Assembly (NCBI GenBank): GCA_963755025.1
Contig: CAVWIH010000034.1
Span: 137,826-201,825 of the forward strand
From: an uncultured Actinomycetes bacterium
GTDB lineage: Bacteria; Actinomycetota; Thermoleophilia; UBA2241
Direction: 5' to 3'
DNA: 64,000 bases
Part shown: piece by piece, positions 59,050-64,000 of the stretch
Layout: the number at the start of each line of letters is the position of its first letter
Position numbering within the stretch: the first letter of the stretch is position 1
Notes under the pieces: model-generated
What the model was told of the DNA's origin: nothing
The model's database searches: none
What the model saw: only the letters and a program-made list of their open reading frames with translations
Position numbers and translations under genes: made by a program

Positions 59050-61571
59050 GCGCCCTGCCGCCATCGCCCGACCCCGTCGCCCGGCCACGCGCCGAGCTGC
59101 TGGCGCCGGCCGGGGGGCAGCCTGCCCTGCAGGCGGCCCTGTCGGCCGGCGCCGACGCCGTCTACCTGGGTCTCGACACCTGGAGCGCGCGCGCCTTCGC
59201 CGCCAACTTCGCGCCCGAGGCGCTGCTGGCCGCCATCGACCGCGCCCATCTGCACGGCGCCCGCGCGCACCTCGCCCTGAACGTCCTGCTCAAAGACGAC
59301 GAGCTCGACGAGGCCCTGGCCGCCCTCGAGGCGCCCTACCGGGCCGGCCTCGACGCCCTGATCGTGGCCGACCTCGGCTTCGCGCGCCTCGTGCATCAGG
59401 CTTACCCGGAGCTCGAACTGCACGCCAGTACGCAGCTCGGCACGCACTCGAGCGCCCAGCTCGAACGCCTCGCCGGCCTGGGCTTCTCGCGCGCCATCCT
59501 CGCCCGCGAGTTGAGCCTCGACGAGATCGCCGCGCTCGAGCCGCACGGCCTCGGCCTCGAGGCCTTCGTGCACGGTGCGCTCTGCTACGGCTACTCGGGC
59601 GCCTGTCTGCTGTCGAGCATGGCCTCGGGGCGCAGCGGCAATCGCGGGCGCTGCAGCCAGGCCTGCCGGCTGCGCTACCGGCTCGACGCCGACGCGACCG
59701 GGTCGCCGGGCGCCGTCGGGTCACTCGGCGCTCCGCGAGGGCGCGGGGCGCCCGTTGCGCCGCCGGCGCGGCGCGGCGAGCCCGGCGCCGAGCCCGAGCT
59801 GCCGCGCATCCTGTCGACCGGCGACCTCGCCGCCATCGCCGCCCTGCCGGCGCTGCTGGCCGCGGGCGTCACCTCGTTCAAGATCGAGGGTCGCATGAAA
59901 GACGCGGCGTACGTCGCCGTCACCACGGCGGTCTACCGCGAGGCGCTCGACGCGGCGCTCGCCGACCCCGGGGGCTACGCCGTCGCGCCGCAGTGGCTCT
60001 CGCGCCTCGAGCAGAGCTTCTCGCGCGGCTTCACCACGGCTCACCTGGACGGCGAGCACGCCGGCGTGCGCGCCGCCGGCCGCGGCAACCGCGGCCTGCA
60101 GATCGGCCGTGTCGAGGCGGTCGACGAGGCCCGCGGCCAGGCCACGGTGCGCGTCGATCACGAGCTTCACGAAGCCGACGTCGTGCAGATCTACACGACC
60201 AGGGGCGCCACGCAGCCGGCGCCGCTCGCCAGCCTGCTGGTCGGCCGCCTGGGCGGTACGCGCGTGGTGTTGCGCCTGCCCGAGCGCGTCAGCGTCAAGG
60301 ACCGTGTGTTTCGCACGAGCTCGGGCCTCATGGAGCTCTTCGCCGCCGACGCGGTGGCGGGGCGCACGTTGGCGCGCCCGATCGCGCTCGACGCCGTGCT
60401 CAGCGGACGGTGCGGCGAGCCGCCCCGCCTGCAGGTGAGGGCCGCCGGCGAGACGGCGACGGCCACCGGCGAGACCGCCCTCGAGGCGGCGCGCACGGCG
60501 GCGCTGTCGGCCGACAAGGCGCGCCGCGCGATCGGCGCGCTGGGCGGTACGCCCTACGAGCTCGACGAGTTCGAGTTCGCCGTCGACGACGACGTGTTCC
60601 TGGGCGTCGGCGACCTCAAGGCGCTGCGCCGCGCCGCGCTTGCGGCCATCGACGAGCGGCGCCTGGCGAGGCGGCGGCGGGCTGCGCCCGCCGCCGCCTC
60701 CGCGCTTGCGCCAACCGCGCCCGTCGCCGCAGAGCCGCGGGCCCCGGTGGCGCGCCCGGTCGTCGTGCTGCGCCTGCGCCCCGGCGAGCAGATGCACGGC
60801 GTGGGGCAGGTCGACGCCGTCTGCCTCGACCTGCGCACGGCCGACGACCCGCGGCTCGTCGCACGCGCCGCGGCGGCGTTGCACCGCGCCGGGCTGCAGG
60901 TGCGGGCTCGGTCGCCCGAGGTGCTCTTCGACGCCGACGAGGCGTGGCTACGGGCCGTGGCCGCCGTCGGCTGGGACGCCGTCTACGCCCGGCATGTGAG
61001 CGCGCTGTCGTGGGCGCCGCGGGTGCTTCTCGAGTACCCCCTGCAGGGGCTGGACTCGCTCGCCGTGGCGCTCTACGGCGCCGACGGGGCGGTCTGCCCG
61101 CCGGAGCTTGCCCTCGCCGACGTCGCGCGCCTCGCGGGCGGCGTGGTCGAGGCGCTGGTCTTCGGGCGCGAGCAGGTGCTGGTGAGCCGTGACACGCTGG
61201 GACTCACCGAGGGCCTGGTCGACGCCCCCCGCGGCTCCGACGCATCGTCTGCGGCAAGCGCACCGGCAGCCGGTGGCGCATCCAACGCCGCTACCGGCTC
61301 GGTCGCGCTCACGCTGACCGACGCCCGGGGCTACGCGTTCCCCGTGCTGGTGGCGCCCGGCGAGACACGCATCTTCAACTCACGGGTGACGAACCTCTGC
61401 GGCCGCGCCGCCGATCTGGCGGCGGCGGGCGTGGGCGGGGTCATCGTGGTGCAGGCCGACATGGGCGACGACGAACGCCGCGCCTTTGCCCGCTCAGGAC
61501 TGGCCGGACTCGCCGCCTTCGACGACCGCGAGCGGTTCACGACGGGTCACCTGTACCGCGGCGTCGGCTGA
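59028..61571 (+). CDS. peptidase U32 family protein with DUF3656 (RlhA-like RNA hydroxylase)
   Basis: ELLAPAG, GADAVYLG, LHASTQ, LARELS, EAFVHGALCYGYSGACLLS...SGNRGRCSQACR, FKIEGRMK, LGGTPY. Confidence 0.88.
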   Translation: MEAARRLSALPPSPDPVARPRAELLAPAGGQPALQAALSAGADAVYLGLDTWSARAFAANFAPEALLAAIDRAHLHGARAHLALNVLLKDDELDEALAALEAPYRAGLDALIVADLGFARLVHQAYPELELHASTQLGTHSSAQLERLAGLGFSRAILARELSLDEIAALEPHGLGLEAFVHGALCYGYSGACLLSSMASGRSGNRGRCSQACRLRYRLDADATGSPGAVGSLGAPRGRGAPVAPPARRGEPGAEPELPRILSTGDLAAIAALPALLAAGVTSFKIEGRMKDAAYVAVTTAVYREALDAALADPGGYAVAPQWLSRLEQSFSRGFTTAHLDGEHAGVRAAGRGNRGLQIGRVEAVDEARGQATVRVDHELHEADVVQIYTTRGATQPAPLASLLVGRLGGTRVVLRLPERVSVKDRVFRTSSGLMELFAADAVAGRTLARPIALDAVLSGRCGEPPRLQVRAAGETATATGETALEAARTAALSADKARRAIGALGGTPYELDEFEFAVDDDVFLGVGDLKALRRAALAAIDERRLARRRRAAPAAASALAPTAPVAAEPRAPVARPVVVLRLRPGEQMHGVGQVDAVCLDLRTADDPRLVARAAAALHRAGLQVRARSPEVLFDADEAWLRAVAAVGWDAVYARHVSALSWAPRVLLEYPLQGLDSLAVALYGADGAVCPPELALADVARLAGGVVEALVFGREQVLVSRDTLGLTEGLVDAPRGSDASSAASAPAAGGASNAATGSVALTLTDARGYAFPVLVAPGETRIFNSRVTNLCGRAADLAAAGVGGVIVVQADMGDDERRAFARSGLAGLAAFDDRERFTTGHLYRGVG

Positions 61572-61629
61572 GCGCCGCGGCGTCGGCTGAGCGCCGCGCC
61601 TTGCACCGCGGCGCCGGCTGAGCGCCGCG
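61560..61629. repeat. 19 bp repeat GGCGTCGGCTGAGCGCCGC x2 tandem plus a third spaced copy
   Basis: The first copy contains the U32 gene TGA stop. Confidence 0.8.
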
Positions 61630-61672
61630 CGCTCGGCGCCCCGGCGCCGCAGCGCCCGGCCGGGCGCGCTCC

Positions 61673-64000
61673 TTACGGCGACGGCGAGGCTTGCGGGCTG
61701 AGCGTGAGCGCCACGAGGGCGCCGATCTCAAGACGCTCGCCGGCTGCCGGCGACTGCGAGACGACCGTACCGTCCGCGCCCCCGGTCGAGACCCCTGTGC
61801 CCAACCCTACGGCGGCCAGCGCGGCCTGCGCGTCGGCTGCCGCCAGTCCGACGACGTTGGGCTCCACGACCGTCGCGTCGCTGCCGTGCACGACGATCGC
61901 CACGGCGCCCTGGCTCGAGCTGCCGGCGCTTGGGTCTTCGTGGACGACCGTGCCCAGCGGCGCCGAGCCGTCGGTCGACCCGTCCCAGGTGACCGTGGTG
62001 GTGAACCCGGCGGTGCTCAGTGACTGCAGGGCGGCGCCCCGGTACTGACCGACCACGTCGGGTACCACGAGCAGCGGGCCGCTGTCGATGTGCAGCGTGA
62101 CGGTGCTGCCCTGCAGCACCGTCTGGCCGCCGCCCGGCGACTGGCTCAGCACCGTGCCCTGCTCCGCCGGGTCGCCGGGCTCCTCGATGACTTGCGTAGC
62201 GAGCTCCAGCCTGGTCAGCCGCTCGCGGGCGGTGGTCACGCTCAGGCCGCTCAGGTCAGGCACCAGCACCGGTCGCGGCCCGTGGAACGTGCACATCTGG
62301 GTCGGGGCCTGGCCGACGAAGTAGAAGCAGGCGATGCGCTCGGGACACCACCTGGTGGCAAGGTCGCCGGTGCGCGGGCACACGATGCGCCTGACGGTGC
62401 GCGGCGTCGTGAACGCGGGAAAGGCGTGGGCCGGCACGCCGACCAGGGCGGCGCCGGCGAACCTGCTCCAGATCTGTGCCGGGAACGTGCCGCCGGCCAC
62501 CCTGATGCCGCGCACGATCATCTCTTTCTGCGAGCGGGGGTAGCCCACCCAGACCGCCGCCGACAGGTCGGGGGTGTAGCCGCAGAACCAGGCGTCGGCG
62601 TAGTTGGTGGTGGTGCCGGTCTTGCCGGCCGCGGGCCGGCCTATGCCCGCCGCGACGCCCGTGCCGCGGGTGATCACCTGCTGCAGGACCGAAGTCTCGA
62701 GGCCCGCCTGCCAGCTCTCTAACACGCGGGTGCGCACCAGGGTGTTGCGGGCCAGCGTGTTGCCCTGATCGTCGGTGACCTCTATTCGAGATCGGCTCCG
62801 GCTGGCCGTCGTCGAGCCACGAGCCGTCCAGGCGCTGCCCGCCGCTGGCCAGCGTGGCGTAGGCGTTGGCCATCTCGAGCGGGCTCACGCCGGTGGTCAG
62901 GCCGCCGAGCGCGATCGACAGGTTGTCGCCGATGGGGCTGGTGACGCCCATGTCGGCGGCGGTCGCCGCGATGTTGTCGGGGCCGACCATCATGGCGAGG
63001 TCGGCGTAGACGGTGTTGTCGGATTCCACGGTGGCGTCAGTCAGGTCGATCTTGCCGGCGTACGTGCCCGAGTAGGTGCTCACGTTCCACGTCGAGCCGC
63101 CTCCCAGGTCGATGGACTTGGGCTCGGAGATAAAGACGCTGCGCGGCGAGATGCCCTGCCTGATGGCGGTCGCCAGGGCGAACGGCTTGAAGGCCGACCC
63201 CGGCTGGCGCCGGCCGTCGACGGCCACGTTGAACTGCTGTTTGGCAAACGAGGGGCCGCCCACGAGGGCCTCGACCTCGTCGGTGTGGGGGTTGATGGCG
63301 ACGATCGCGACGCTGGGGTCGCCGGGCCGGCCGAGCACGTCCTTGGCGGCGCGGTTGGCGTCGCGCTGCACGCGTTGGTCGAGGGTGGTATAGACGCGCA
63401 GGCCGCCGCCGAAGGCGCGCGCCGCGCCGAACTGGCGCACGAGCTGCTGAATGACGTAGGCCACGAAGTAGGGCGCCACGCGGCTGTGGGGCAGGCCGTG
63501 AGCGTGTCGCGGCAGCGGCGCGCGCGCCGCTGCCGCGGCGTCGCTCGCGCTGATCATGCCCTGCGCCGCCATGGCGGCCAGCACCACGCCGCGGCGCGCC
63601 CTGGCCGTGGCCGGGTCGGCGAACGGGTCGTCGGCGCTCGGGTCGTGGATGATGCCGGCGAGGAGCGCCGCCTCGGGCAGCGTGAGGCGCCGCGCGCTCG
63701 TGCCGAAGAACGTGCGCGCCGCCATCTCGATGCCGTAGGCCCCCTGTCCGAAGTAGATGGTGTTCAGGTAGTTGGTGAGGATCTTGTCTTTGGACCAGCG
63801 CTTCTCGAGCTGGTAGGCGAGCACCGCCTCGCGCAGCTTGCGCGAGAGCGACTCTGAGGTGCGCTGGTCGGCGGGCAGGTAGGCGTTCTTGATGAACTGC
63901 TGGGTGATCGTCGAGCCGCCCTGCACGGTGTGGCCGGCGCTCAAGTCGCTCATGAACGCGCGGGCGATGGACACGTAGTCGATGCCGGAGTGCTCGTAGA
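61673..64000 (-). CDS. class A penicillin-binding protein (transglycosylase / transpeptidase) with PASTA domains; 5' partial, frameshift near 62770
   Basis: QGGSTITQQ, RKLREA, YLNTIYFG, RQPGSAFKP, SDN, AGKTGTT, then VPDLSG / VPDVVG / PNVVG PASTA repeats. Confidence 0.93.

Overview
A 64 kb window of a high-GC (roughly 70%) bacterial chromosome. Gene content points to an actinobacterium, probably Thermoleophilia-like and at least facultatively anaerobic; this is inference. Many essential genes (purF, thrS, pheS, pheT, argB) are split by single-base frameshifts, which is best explained as uncorrected long-read indel error. Core content: purF, thrS, an L20 leader with infC-rpmI-rplT, trmH-pheS-pheT, an argCJB-R-G-H cluster lacking argD/argF, MPG glycosylase, NIF3, a U32/DUF3656 protein and a PASTA-bearing class A PBP. 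Accessory content: a TetR / methyltransferase / AlkZ-like module, two tandem corrinoid-protein + URO-D-family cassettes, a 1310-aa secreted protein, an ECF sigma / CU044_5270 pair, and a ~4.3 kb islet beside thrS holding three toxin-antitoxin loci (one decayed) and a PD-(D/E)xK-DUF2075 nuclease-helicase. The most unusual signals are (i) a near-leaderless 38-aa Arg-rich uORF heading the arginine operon, (ii) a regularly spaced hairpin array with ACGR loops in front of argH, and (iii) pervasive tandem-repeat-derived low-complexity insertions in conserved enzymes, plus intergenic tandem repeats that begin at stop codons. No rRNA, tRNA, CRISPR array, integrase or transposase was seen.
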